Positions 21,844 to 35,047 of a DNA stretch of 42,537 bases are shown here, piece after piece. Source of the stretch: Basidiobolus ranarum. Lineage: Eukaryota. Below the pieces are notes generated by a model. That model did no database searches, was not told the DNA's origin, and saw only the letters and a list, made by a program, of their open reading frames with translations. Each line of letters opens with the position of its first letter. The stretch's first letter is position 1. The stretch covers positions 1 through 42,537 of the forward strand of contig JASJQH010000034.1 in the NCBI GenBank assembly GCA_040143965.1. Direction: 5' to 3'. A program made the position numbers and the translations under genes.

Positions 21844-24800
21844 TTAAAAGGTTTGACTGATTCGACTACCCTGCTTGACTCTACTGAGACGCCATTCATT
21901 TGGTTTTTCATATTTGTTATAAAGTGGCTCAATCTTTTCTTGACGCTTACGCTTACTGATTTTGTTCGCGTCAGCTACCTTGAAGAAAGTAGGGGCAACT
22001 TCGACTAGCCATTTGGGTTCGATGGCAATAATCTCTCGCATGTATTCTTTTGTAGTGAGGACAAGTTCATGATAGATAACCCATTCAGGGTTCTTGTTGA
22101 AAAGTGAACTAGATGGATGAATATAAACTGGGGTTCCTTCGACTAGAGTTTTATAACCTTCTTGTGGATCTTTCTTTGCGGCATGACGGAAGAAGCCCCC
22201 ACAAATAGCACGTCTCACCTTGTTATAGTTCTTACCACAGGAAATAATGTCTTGCTTGTATCGATCCATAATTCCCAATAACTGTTTACGAATATCCTGT
22301 GCTCTTTTCATGGTTCGAGCTTGGATGAAGTTCTCGAAACACCATGCGTTGGAAAATCTGCTGGTCTTCCAGCCATTATAGACGGTGAGTAGGGTAAGGT
22401 GGTCACCTTCAGGTTGATGGAATTTAGCCTTCTTCGAGTCGGCCAGGGCTTGTTTTTCCTTGGGACGATAGAATACACTTTGAATGGAAAGCATGGCTAC
22501 CACAGTGAGAATTTCCTCGCTACAACCAAGATCAACCGACATAATAAGCATTTTGGCTAGAGGAGGATCAAGCGGGAATTCTGCCATTTTTCTTCCAAGG
22601 CGAGTCAGAAGACCTTCGTTATCCAGTGCACTTAGAGCATAGAGTTGTTCCAAAGCTGTAATCAATGTTTGAACTGGAGGTGGGTCCATGAAATCAAAAT
22701 GAATAAGATCATTGATTCCCATAGCCTTTAGGGTAAGAACGGTATGAGCCAAATTGGTTCTTTGAATTTCAGGAATACTACTTGGCAACATTTCGTTACG
22801 GAAGGCAGCTTCAGTATACAGACGGTAGCACTTTCCAGGACCAGTACGTCCGGCACGTCCGGAACGTTGTTTAGCTTGAGCCTGAGAAATGGGAGTGACT
22901 ACTAAGGAATCCATACCAAGCTTTGGATCGTACGCATTTTGCTTGACGAAGCCTGGATCAACCACGTAATAAATACCATCAATAGTAATGGATGTTTCGG
23001 CAATATTGGTGGCGATAACAACTTTACGACTACCTGGTGGAGCAGGGTCGAAAATCTTGGATTGCATTTCACTCGGAAGAGCACTGTATACAGGAAGAAC
23101 AATCAGCTCAGGAACCATCGGACCCAGTGCTTTCATACGTTCAAATAAAATTTCTGAAGCTGTGTCAATCTCCTCTTGACCAGTAAGGAAAAGTAGAATA
23201 TCACCGGGTGGCTCGGTAAGATGAATTTGCATTACCGTGACAAGTGAAGCATCCAAATAGTCATTCTCAGGTTCTTTAGTATAAAGGACTTCAACCGGGA
23301 AGGTTCTACCAGGGATGGTAAAAATGGGACAATTGAAGAAGAACTGCGAGAATTTTTCAGCATCTAAAGTGGCACTGGTAACAATTAATTTGAGATCGGG
23401 TCTAATGGTTAAGGTCTTCTTTAGAAGTCCAAACAGCACATCAGTGTGAATAGTACGTTCGTGAGCTTCATCTAACATGATAATAGAATATTGCGAAAGG
23501 TTCGGATCGATCAAGCACTCTCTGAACAGCATACCATCTGTCATGTATTTAACCTTGGTCTCGGGACTGGTACAATCTTCAAAACGAATGGTATATCCAA
23601 CTTCTTGGCCAAGGCGACAACCAACTTCTTCAGCTACACGCTTGGCGACAGACATAGCAGCAACACGACGTGGTTGGGTACAGCCAATCTTTCCTCTATC
23701 GGCAAACCCTTCTTCGGCAAAATATTGAGTCATTTGAGTTGTTTTTCCGGACCCTGTATCGCCAACAACAACCAGCAATTGATTTTCCCGGACAGCGTTG
23801 ATGAGACTTTGACGTAGTTTGAAAATGGGCAAACTCTCTCTTTGCTCCTTAATAGAGAGATTAGTGATTCTACCAAAAGAGGTTGCCTTATTGAAAGATG
23901 ATTTTTTCCACTCTGGGATTTCAGCCGCTTTAGAACTTGCGGCCATTCCACGTAGATCTTGAGCAAAATGACGCTCTTGATTTTCAGCCATAGGATCGTT
24001 CCAGGCAGTATTTAAATCTTTTGGTACGCTATCATATTCAGCTTGAGCCTGTTGTTGTCTAAGATCCTTTCTTTCTTTTGCTAAAGAATTTCCGGCCATT
24101 GCAGCTCTGTTCATGCTGCCGTCAGGAGCTTTAACAACCTTCAGGGGGCTTAGTTGTAAAGTTTGTTTTGTCTGTCCTCTCAAGAAAAGAGGCTCATCTT
24201 CACGCAGTTCAATATCCAACTCTTCTTCAGTTTCTTCCCCTTGAAGCAAACCTTCATCATCATCAAAATTAGGATACTCGGAAGGATCAAGAACACCTGC
24301 AGCGATCAATTGCTTTATCTCCCACCGCTCAGGAGAGGTTAGTCGTTTTCTAGCTCTACTGTTGCCATCACTATCATCAACAATTGGAACTTGATTCAAT
24401 GGGCGATCGGGGTTACGCATAGATTCCTCCATAAGCTCTTGTTCATTCCTAATTTTAAGATGAGGTGATAGATCTTTTCCGGTGACTTGATCGACATCTT
24501 TCATTGATAATCCGATACGTGAGCCCGCGATCGACATGACTTTGACCTTGACTCGTTGTCCACGCTCAACAACATCTGAAGGATGATTGACGCGCATTCC
24601 TGATGATAAAGCGCTCACATGTACCATACCTTCAGCCTTTGGCTTTACATTTTCAAGAGAGACGAAAGCACCAAAATCTCTCATACCACTAACTTTACCA
24701 TCATAAATCTTGTGTAGAATAGGTTTTTCATCAAAGTTATTTGGCTTTCGATAACTTTCTCTACTACTTTGTCCACGATGTGAGCTACGGCCACGAGAAG

Positions 24801-25529
24801 GAGACCTAGAACGTGAACGGTAACGACGATCTCGTCTTCTTTCGCGACTTCCACTCCGACTTCTATTTCTACGTCTGCTGGAAGGACTCCGAGAGCGAGA
24901 ACGGCTATTGGCTCTAGGTCTACTACGAGAACGTTCTTTACGTTCAAGAGCTCTTCTTTGAGAATCTTCTTTTTTAACTTTAACCAAATTTTCAAGATCC
25001 TCCAACTGATCAAGCGTCTTTTTGGCAGTTTTTTCATCTTCTTCTCTCTGCTTTACCTAACAAATGAGTTATGGGTTAGATACCACGAGTCTCATGTAGT
25101 ATACACGAAAAATAAAAGAAATTTACCCAATCAGGATTATCGGGAAGGGAAAGTCCTGGGAATTCCACTGCACGTTTTTGTATCTCTTCCTCATCGCGAA
25201 TAAATTTTGATTCGTCTTCTCCTTCATTGTCTTTCTTAGGTTTCATCTTATTGATTAAACGATCCAAATTTTCTATGAAAGAGTCAGGAAATTCCGCACC
25301 CATACTATGCAACTGTTGCCTAAATTCCAACAAATTTTTGCTTGAATCATGAAGATGTATGATAAACTCGGCTATAGAAAAGGAGTTAGACAATGGAAAA
25401 CTAGTTGAAAAATCCACATATTAAAAAAAACTAACCTAAAGTTTTATCGGTGATACCAGTATGATTGTATAGTTCATTGGTGATCTTCGAAACCAAAGAG
25501 AGGTATTCTAACTTCTCTATTCCATCCAT
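21844..25529 (-). CDS. PRP22: DEAH-box splicing helicase Prp22/DHX8; exons 25529-25436, 25371-25127, 25056-21844
   Basis: N-terminus [16 protein letters not shown]-rich region, S1 domain ([13 protein letters not shown]), GSGKTTQ, DEAH, SAT and QRSGRAGR. C-terminal [17 protein letters not shown]. Confidence 0.97.
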
Positions 25530-25889
25530 TATGCTAGATCTACACTTACAAGCTAAAGTGTATTACACGTACAAAATTTCCTTAAGTTTCACTTGACACC
25601 ATATTCACCATGAGCCACGTGATACATTGGATTTAATCCTTTTTTTCATCTAAACATCAGAATACTCGAATTTATATAAGCATTGCGGTTTTATGATGCT
25701 CAGAAAGGACATTCAACCAGAATTTTATACTAGAATGGATATCTCCAATCGAACAGCTAGATGTGATGGATTAAAAAAATTTGGTCTGGGGGTGGGTCAA
25801 TGATACTTTTTACTGATTAATTCGGTTTGAATTCGTCTCGTTCACAACTTGTCATTCCTAGAAACTAAACTGTTACTAACTTTCAAAAA

Positions 25890-26521
25890 ATGGTAAATTC
25901 TCTTATTCGTATTTGTGTTTGATAACGTTTCTATTGACTAATAGTTTATGGTTTAGGCTGCCAGAGTAGTTGCTCAATTGATCGTCATGGGTTCCCAAAT
26001 TGTGGGCAAAGCATTCGTTGCTGCTTACAAGCAAGCCGCTGCCAGTATGTTAACTATTACAATAAGTTCATTTCCCCATATGTATATTTAATTTCATTTA
26101 ACTCGTATAGATGCTGCTCGTGGTGGAGGTGCCGGTGCTGCTAGTGCTAAAGGTGCAGCTGAAGCAGCAACTAGAAAGGGAGGAATGACCCTCGACGAGG
26201 CTTGCCAAATCCTGAATATCAAAAAGGAAGCTGAGCTTGCCGATATCGTCAAGGTAGAGTATTTATGGATACTTGTTGATTTGAGAATATTTGCTAATTC
26301 TGTTGTGTTAAAAATAGAACTATGAACATTTATACAAAGTGAATGATAGTTCTGTCAAGGGTAGCTTTTATTTACAATCTAAAGTTCTCCGAGCTAAAGA
26401 ACGTATAGAACTGGAGCGAGGAATCAAAATAGCTGCAGAAAAACCACCTAAACCAGAAGGGGAAGCCGCTGCCAAGGCTGCAGAAAATACTTCTCGGCCG
26501 GAGCCTCCTCAACAACAATAG
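25890..26521 (+). CDS. PAM16: Mitochondrial import motor subunit Pam16/Tim16; exons 25890-25892 (ATG only), 25957-26044, 26111-26253, 26318-26521
   Basis: Spliced protein [30 protein letters not shown]...[13 protein letters not shown]...[10 protein letters not shown]...[16 protein letters not shown], a J-like domain without the HPD motif. Confidence 0.93.
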
Positions 26522-26960
26522 TATTTGAGCATATCTATCGGTCTTTTACTTCATCCTTTTATCTACATACTCGCATTCACGTTTCACATTCTCTTCCTTG
26601 AGCAAATAAATAATTTCGCTTTAGACTAATTTATATTCGATTCGTGTCATCTTTATAAATTCCCACTTAAAAAGTAGCCTTTACAATGAAGAGCTGTAAG
26701 CTTGTAAATGTTGTATCGTTGCAGGTGGAAACATAAGCCAAAGATCTTTATACTTTCCAACTTCACCTTGGAAACACGTTTTATTCGTTGATTAATTTTA
26801 CTTGTAAGTTGCAGCAAAATATATATTATGGGATGGGAAAAATACAAAATTAGAAGCATATCAATTGAATAGGATATATAGAAAGTGAGGAATGAAGTAA
26901 AAAGATGTGTTTGACAAATGTTGAACTAAGCTAATGCCAAAGGCTCAATACATCTCTTTG

Positions 26961-29900
26961 TCACAAAAAGCCACTCTCATGCAGTAAACGAGCAATTTTT
27001 TCATCTTCGCGCTCCCTTGGCTCCATACTTAAACTTGTATTATATAAATCCTGGACATCCCGGCTTCCTTGTAAACAGGTACGAATGAAATTCTGCAGCT
27101 CGGGAACGGGTGTGAGATTATACGGCGAATTCTGGTATTGCTGGATTTCTCGAATCACCTCGGCACACTTCGCACGCTTTGCAATATTGATTAAATGAGG
27201 ATGATTCTGTACATGATCAGGATTGCCGTCTTCAACAAATGTCAAATCGGTTAAATACAGACCTACAATATACTGGCGTTAGTATAGAAGCATATAGATG
27301 CATCTATGGCAGTGTGCTCTTACCCAAAAACGGAACACATGGCGGGTTAACGGAATGAAGCTCATCTCGATAGACACCAAAGTTTCTTGTGGAGCTCATC
27401 AGCTTCTTCAAGCTCTCGAGCGTAGCTGTGGATTTACTATTGACAAGCTGCAGCACGGTTCATAAGTAAATAAATATAGGTTTTGGTAGTCACATACAGA
27501 AGAATGCAAAGTTACCTCCCAAGTCCGTCTTAGTCTATGAATAGGTGCTGAATTGAATCCAGCAAGTATGGCGGTAAGAGTATTATAATTGTTCAATTGG
27601 CGGCACCTCTATAATTGCAGATTCAGGTTAATGTCGCGAGCAATGTTAGCGATATATTGGTGGTAATCACCTCTCCAATACTAATGAAGTGCTTAATTAG
27701 CGCCACACGTTTCCTTGGCTCATGTTCTGAGAGGATCGTTTCAGCTACCCAGTTGGTGACCTTATTGGAAGTGTATGTGAGTATGAGTACGATGTGATGC
27801 GAATCAAGGCCATAGCTCTCATTATTACCTGATTAGAAACTTCGATCATAGCTTTAATGTTAATGGCGATCGAACCATCCTTTTGACTCCAAGCTTTATT
27901 TAAACATTCAACTGGCCTGATTCTGTTGTACATGACAGAATCCATTACTGTGAACTGTCTGGCCAATTCTATTGCATCTATCTCCAGTAACCGAAGTCGT
28001 TTCAGATTTTTAGGTAAAATCGGTGGAGGTGCTTCTTTGTTCATATTTAAAACCATTTTACGGAAACTTCCATCGAATGAGGATTGCATCTATAAACATT
28101 GGAGAAAGGTGTTAGGATCAATTGAACGCATTAAATATCAGACCAGAGCTGACCCTTTTGTCAATCAACTTCAATAGCTGCTTGGCAGCAAATGGAAGAA
28201 TGTCCATCATAGTAGTTTCGGCAAAGTCTCTTAGCATTTCAAGCGCGGAATAATCTTCGCCTTCGAGATAATAACTCTCAAGCCAACTTTTGATAACGTT
28301 GAAAACACTGGAATAAATATATTGTTAGTATACGCTCGAGATGAGAAGAGTCTAGATTCAATAGTGTTCGCACCGTAGACGAACTGGGACAAGTTTCTTT
28401 TCTTTCCAAAGGTCAAAATCGGAGTCAGATAAGCCCATAGGCGGTTGAAGATTAAACCGTTGAAAAAGAAGTTCAAACACATCCTCGGTGGAAGAGAATG
28501 AACGATAAGTCAAAAGAAAAGTAGCAATAAACGCAGAGTCTGAGGGTTATCAAATAATTAACTAGTTTAGTGACAATTCGGTTCTTTGAGGTCGAAGTAT
28601 CCGATTTACCTAATAAGTCGTGAAGTGTCAAACGCTCCACTAAAGAAGCAAGGGTTCCACCCTTGACCTGTCCCTCCATATTAAACACAATGTCAGCTTG
28701 TACATACTCATATACAAGGAACCAAGGCTTTTCTTCAGTGGTACTTTTCTCAATTATTACGTTGGGCGCATCATCCCCAAAAAACTTTTTAAGTTTCTCT
28801 TTTTGCTTCGACTTTGCGGGCAATTCACGTTCATCATCATCAAGATCACCCTGTTGACTATCGAGCTCTTCCTCATCAGAACCGGAATTCTTTGTAGATT
28901 CCAACAAATTAGGCACCTTCAAATTCAAATCTTTATCATCGCTGATTTCAACGTCGTCTTCTACTAAAGAGAGAGAAACTGCACGTCGCTGTTTCAAAGG
29001 AGTGTTAATAGCTTCAAAAGGATTTAAAGAGCTGTATTTCTCTATTAGCATTGCTCTTTCGATCTTCTCTTGCTCATTGATCACAAACTTGACAGCAACA
29101 ATCAAATCTGTTATGGATGCTTCGATCTGATGAGCGCAATCTATCAATTGCTCGATAATACTTTGGGGTACAGTGGGTTCCGCTGATTTTTGAGTAATTA
29201 GAACCAGAAGTGCAATATTGTTGTAAACGGCCTGTTTACTTTCTCTAAATCCTTGCGCCACCTTTTCGTCCAAACCAGAGATCGAAACGTTATCGGCTAA
29301 TGTAAGTGGCTGTGCGATATCGATAATTGCTTGCTTTGTAAGATTTACTAGAAGCTCAAGCTTGATGTTGGGTGTAGATAAATACTGAGTTAACTGTCTC
29401 ATAGACTTTGCAGTGATTCGAGAACATGTTGAGAGTTCAGATCTAATATCAGAACTGTAGCTAGGCTTGTCGACAAAGGTATCTACATGCGAGTTTCCAT
29501 CACCAAGTGTGTCGGAATCAACACTAGCTCCATTAACAGAATCTTCAGTTTCAGTTCCATAATCTTCAAGCTGATCCATAGCGATGATACCTTTAACAGG
29601 CACAGAGCTGGCTTGAGCTACAGTGGCAAAATGCCTTACCGACAATAGTAGATCGTTAGCGTCTTGTTGCATTTCGCTTATGGAATTTGGAGCGGGCCAA
29701 AGGCTAGATGCCAACTGAGCGGACTCAACTAGCTTGCAGAGAGAATTGAAGATATGTTGATGATGCATAGCAAGGATAGGATGTGCATTGAGGACTTGTG
29801 AATCCATGTTTTCGGTTTGTGAGCAGACAAACATCACACGCACCGTCTCAATAATATCAGAAGTCTGCTCAATAAAGTATTCTTTAAGGTTTCTTTTGGC

Positions 29901-31061
29901 CGAATGATTAAGACGATGAATGGTCAAGACAACTTTGGAACTTAATTTCATCCAATTCAAGTCGCCAGAACTATCGAACTCCTCAATAGATCCCATCAGG
30001 CCGGAAGGACGGCGACTTGGGTTATGTTTGGCCGCTATGGCGCGTGACCATGATGATTCACCAGTAATAGATGACTCCGAAGACGATGCAGAGGTTATCG
30101 ATCCTCTCTTATGATCACTTTGGTTGGATGAGCGCTAAAGTGAGTACAAATATTAGACCTAGACGTGGATAGGAAACAACTTTGGAGTAGCTTACCAACA
30201 GCCCGCTATCCCAATCCACTTCGCTCAAAGTCCAGACAGTCTGGTCGGTAATCATATTGAAGTAATACATCCGACCGTTGGTGTGCTCTTTTTTACCCCA
30301 GTTATGAGGTAACTGTAAGAAAAAGTGTTAGAGGGTAATGGATCAAGCGGTGAAATTCTTGTAATGCTGATATTACCGGCTCATCATCAGACACCAGATA
30401 TTTACGATAAAAAGTGTCAGCATTGCTTTTGCTAAAAAACTCTGCTGAAAATTGGTCTAATTCGATATTCTCGCTGGGACTCTCAGCATAATCACTCCCG
30501 TCTTGATTGGGAGGAGTTCCCGGATAGGACCATCTGGCCTCTTTAGTCACTGGATTATAATACCAAAAAGCACCATCATCAGAGGTCTGAATAGTCCATT
30601 GCTCCGGAAGCGGAATATCATCGGCAGTACCCACTGTACCTACAGAAAAACTTCGGGTTGTTTTCATTTCTGGAGTATAGTTATCAAAACTATCTTCGGT
30701 GGTTTTCGCAAGGCTTTCGTCGTCTCCCCAACCTGAGGCATCACTCTTCTATAGAAAGGTAAAGTGATCTATGGTTAGCGAAATATTGGTCTAATTCTCG
30801 TCAACAGAAATACCGTTATCACCTCAAAACACCTTGCACAAACTTGCAAGGTTGAAATTTTTATGTTTTAAATGAACTTACTTGAGGCTCTACAGCGTGA
30901 ACAAAATTAGAGGGAAACCATCCTCTTGAGCCATTGCATAAACCGTCCCACCAGCCAGAAGATTGCTGGTCTATGACTTGGATTATTTCACCCTTTTTGA
31001 ATTTCAGACTCGACGAGTCCGACGAGTCAAAGTCGTATAACGCTTTAACTACGGTTGTCAT
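26961..31061 (-). CDS. CDC25: Cdc25-family Ras guanine nucleotide exchange factor (SH3 - WW - WW - helical region - REM - RasGEF), multi-exon
   Basis: SH3 (VKALYDF...SGWWDG...RGWFPSNFV). Two WW domains (LPEQW...FWYYNPVTKEARWSYP; LPHNW...MYYFNMITDQTVW). REM (VKGGTLASLVERLT, FLLTYRSF). Catalytic domain ([34 protein letters not shown]). Confidence 0.93.
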
Positions 31062-31524
31062 GAATTCAGAAAAATCAGCGGCAAATAATGGCCTTAAACC
31101 GTGTGGTAAGTAGAAAGGTTGAGTTTAATGAGGCAAATTGTTTATAATATATTGAAACAAGAATAGGCGATACTTTGAGAGTTTTAATCAAAACCAGTTT
31201 ACTCAGACAATTGAAGCTATAATAACGACTCGCTTCTGGGTGTCTTAAAGGAAAAGATGTAAAAGATACAAGTGAAATCTTGAATATCTCTTCTAGAGCT
31301 GAAATAGGGCTAGCAAAATGCATTAAATGAAAAAAGATGTTTACTTAATAGCATTTTTGTAAATGAAACCCAGTATAAAAAAGGGACTCGAAGTTATTGG
31401 CTATGATACAATAGGCATTAGGAGGAGCACAATCAGGTTTCGCCTCAACTCCTTTAATCAAAAAATCTCGGGGTTTGAGACTGTTTCGAAGCATTTTCTC
31501 ACAACCTAAATTATTGAAACAAGA

Positions 31525-31640
31525 TAGAGTGGGGTTAGGTGAATCAGTTATGGAATCAGTTATGACAGAGTAGAGCGGGGTTAGGTGAATGGTGAATGTG
31601 AATCAGTTAAGGCCCGGTGCACTGTAAGGGTTAGGGTTAG
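31525..31640. repeat. Compound short direct repeats with telomere-like TTAGG(G) units
   Basis: TAGAGYGGGGTTAGGTGAAT at 31525-31544 and 31571-31590. GAATCAGTTA at 31541, 31553 and 31600. GGGTTAGGGTTAG at 31628-31640. Confidence 0.8.
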
Positions 31641-32352
31641 CATATTAACAGAGTTTAGTGCAGTGAGACCTAATGCTCCTCGGTTTGATTAAGTGATGTA
31701 TATATGCTAATTCTGATGAGCACCAATGATATCTCACCAATACTCAGTTAACCCTTAGCCCTGGCTCAATTGGATTGTGATTAAAAGCCAAGTAACTTTG
31801 GTTAAACTAAGCCGAATCTAACTATGTACGGAAATAAATGATACAACTCCTAATGAGGCCAGGTTTTGCTTCTTAAACAACATCCAGGCTGTTGCACAAC
31901 AGATGAGCCCCACTATTGTTATTGAATTTTTTATTGGATTTCTAGGACTCCATTATGCAAATGACTTACATTGGTTCAGCTAATTAATGTTGCCATACCA
32001 AAACCATATTAGAGTACTAAATAAGGGAACTTTTAAGAGTGTCACAATCGACTCAAGTCAAACAGCCCTGTCTCCTCCTTCCCCATCCCAACTATGGAAT
32101 TTTCATGCGAAGTCAACTCACCGCTAGTTCGAGTTTAAACTTCAATTCTAATACTTTTCCTTTTTTTGTTTACAACCGTTTGTGATCTGTCTTCGACGTG
32201 AATTCAATTTTATCCTTACAACATACTGAATTCCTTTAGATAATATTTCTTATTATTGAAGTCGAAAACGACTCTCAGGCGAAGACTCCCTTTCCTTTAA
32301 AACCTACTGTACCATTTCAATACGCCGCAATATTCTTTTCTATAATCCCATC

Positions 32353-34173
32353 ATGCCTGCTAATAACGTCTCTGAAGTTGACCTTCTTATGCACGATTCT
32401 TCGAAATTGCAGTCCAGACTTCAAACCGTAATCACTAATGCTAGACGTCGGCCTATTTCTATGCCAACTCCTCCTCGACCAACAACTCTCTCGCAAGCAC
32501 TTTCCAGACAAGAGCAGAGCTCATCTAGAGCATCTTCAGTCTCTCCCTCGACATCTTCACTTAGTTCACCCTGTCTTTCAGTTGATGATATTGACACCAG
32601 CACGATAAAAGAAGATTCGACACACTATGAAGGATGTCCCTGTGCAGAGATATTCTCTGGAAACAATCCTACTACTTGCAAACAATGTGGAAGAGTGTTC
32701 GGCCAATTGAGAGAACTTCAAATAGAACGACTTCGTCTTCTAGACGACCTGGATACATGGAAAAGCCGTTATGACGAAGTACAAGAGTCTAAAAAGTTGG
32801 CGGAGCAGGAGAATGATCGCTTGAGGGTACAAATTCAAGATTTGCAAAACAATCTCATGATCAAAAGCGAGAAGTGTACCTCCCTTGAGCAGGATGTGAC
32901 CGCATTGAATTATAAATACGTAAACGAAATCGAAAAAGTGGCAGAGTTGAACATTGCAAAACAATTAGTTGAAGGTGAATATGCCGAACTGAGCAGATCG
33001 CTGTTCGAAGAAGCGAATGGTATGGTCGCCTCAGAGGCTAGACAGCGATATGAACTTGAACTGGCTTGTAAAAGCCTCCAAAAGCAATTGGAGGATACAA
33101 ACGAATCGCTTAGTAATGAAACACAGCAACTGAAAGAATTGAAACTAAAACTTCAAGAGTTTCTTGTAAAGCCTGAATCCGCTCACTTAACAAATGGTTC
33201 AGGTAGATCCAGAAATCTATCCATTCGCTCTGATTCTTCAGTTGAGTCTGGTCTCAGTGGGGAGTTTAACGAAGCCAATAACGAGCTCACAATCCATATG
33301 AAGCTTTTAGACGAATTCGAAACCTTTTTGGCCAAGGTGAGTAATCCTAGACTCACCCGCATTTATGCTATCCCATTTATGAAATACTGTCTTGAAGAAG
33401 ATGTTGAGCCCTGTCTTCGCCTTGGAAGTATTGCCCGGTATTCGCCTAGAAAACTGGCCGATGCAGTGTTCGCCAATACACTGACTATTGAAGAAGCACC
33501 TCCAACCACTGTTCAAACGGAACCTTCATCTACTCAGCCATCACCGAAACTTCCTCCGCCAAAACAATCACTGATCTGGGATAGGATCAGTGGAGTTAAC
33601 CTAGGCAATACTAAAGGGTGTCAGGCGTGTGGTCGTGAAGGATATTGTCACTTCCGTTTCCGTATTTCAAATAACGACGAATGGGTGGTGATCGACAGTT
33701 ACTGTAGAGATCGTCTAGTAGCCGCATGTGAATTTTACGTTTTTATTCGGAATATTCGCCTTGGCTTGTTTAATCATCGCAATATAGATGTTCTCTGGAC
33801 AGAGTCTCTTAGATTACGTATTCAAATGTTCTTTGCCAGAGTTGGCATGCTGAAACATATGACCGAGGTTCCGCTTATTGATACTGACAAATTACATATT
33901 TATTCAAGAAAGGCCACCACTGCCGTAGATCGCACCAATCCTGCTCCCGGTCCATTAGACAATTCGTACCTGAGTGAAGATACTCCTGATCAAACAACAA
34001 CAGGCCTTCGTGCTCGAAGCTTTTCACTTTCTAAAATGGAGCGACTGAGGCCTCTGTTCAAACGCTTCTCTGGTGGTTTTGACGAGCCCTCCACAGATAA
34101 AGTCGAAGTAAAAGATGAGCCCTCAGGCCAAGAGCTTACTCCACTGGGAGAACCAGAGTCAGTTGCAGTATAA
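32353..34173 (+). CDS. SEC2: Sec2/Rabin8-family Rab guanine nucleotide exchange factor (606 aa, single exon)
   Basis: Long coiled coil with ELSRSLFEEANGMVA. C-terminal domain CLEEDVEPCLR...CQACG...CRDRLVAACEFYVFIRNIRLGL...LRLRIQMFFARVG. Confidence 0.9.
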   Translation: MPANNVSEVDLLMHDSSKLQSRLQTVITNARRRPISMPTPPRPTTLSQALSRQEQSSSRASSVSPSTSSLSSPCLSVDDIDTSTIKEDSTHYEGCPCAEIFSGNNPTTCKQCGRVFGQLRELQIERLRLLDDLDTWKSRYDEVQESKKLAEQENDRLRVQIQDLQNNLMIKSEKCTSLEQDVTALNYKYVNEIEKVAELNIAKQLVEGEYAELSRSLFEEANGMVASEARQRYELELACKSLQKQLEDTNESLSNETQQLKELKLKLQEFLVKPESAHLTNGSGRSRNLSIRSDSSVESGLSGEFNEANNELTIHMKLLDEFETFLAKVSNPRLTRIYAIPFMKYCLEEDVEPCLRLGSIARYSPRKLADAVFANTLTIEEAPPTTVQTEPSSTQPSPKLPPPKQSLIWDRISGVNLGNTKGCQACGREGYCHFRFRISNNDEWVVIDSYCRDRLVAACEFYVFIRNIRLGLFNHRNIDVLWTESLRLRIQMFFARVGMLKHMTEVPLIDTDKLHIYSRKATTAVDRTNPAPGPLDNSYLSEDTPDQTTTGLRARSFSLSKMERLRPLFKRFSGGFDEPSTDKVEVKDEPSGQELTPLGEPESVAV

Positions 34174-35047
34174 TTGCTAACCTTGCTTATTTTGAAGCAA
34201 CCAAGATTTTTGTTACCTCTCCAGATCCCATATTATGGATGTTAAATATCTACCTTGTTTACTCACTTTTACGCTTAATTGCACTTACATATTATTTCTT
34301 TATCATTCATATTTCATCTCTCATTTTCGTCGATTACTAAACATCGATTACTAAATTATGTGCATCCATTCATTGAACTAAATCCTTGTCTCACACTCTT
34401 TTGATTGGTCCATCTTATCACCAAGTAAACATTTTTTAATCTCCGAAAAGATCTATTATATTCTGTGTCCCTTTAATAGGTTACTCCATCTCCTATTGGG
34501 GATGCCACTAACATTATGTATATATATCCGGTGGTCAATACCGTGGATACAATAAAATATATGGATCTAGATCATCATACTGCAGCCATCCTCCTCGTGA
34601 TTTGAAATTTTCATTTTATATAAGAGAAACAATACTCAGTAAGAATATATATGGCGAAGAAAATGGAATTGGTGAGAAGCATGGGTGAAGAGTGAAAAAT
34701 GATTTCTATATGTACAGAATAAATAACTGAACTATTCCAACAAAACGTAATGAAACAAACTTCAAAATCGGGTTGGGAAATAAAGTTGATATGTATATGA
34801 AGAGTAGAAAGCGGCTGTTCTTAACGTCGGGATACATAACGGATTCCCTCAGAGTTGTGTCATTGTTATCAAGAGCCAAACACGTCTAATAACCTTGAGA
34901 TATGTATTTGATTAGAATTCCACGTTGGATGGGAAACGAACTCAGAGGCTGCTGAATTTATCCCGTTTTGAGTATGAACGACGCAACAACTGTGAATGGG
35001 ATAAAAAGAAAAATTCCCGAAGGTTATTCTAATCCGGATTGCAAACG

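Noticed and set aside
31075-31323. 82-aa ORF ending just upstream of the CDC25 ATG as a uORF or extra exon
   Set aside because: No homology or coding signal; the SH3 domain starts directly at ATG 31061; transcript extent unknown.
31345-31390. Minus-strand GAGTCCC-T6-ATACT-GGGTTTC...AAAAA as a telomerase-like pseudoknot
   Set aside because: Stem 1 is plausible but stem 2 offers only ~4 bp; the segment also reads as a simple TATAAAA element.
31690-31735. GTGATG...CTGA...ATGAT as a box C/D snoRNA
   Set aside because: Boxes are imperfect, too closely spaced and lack a terminal D box and stem.
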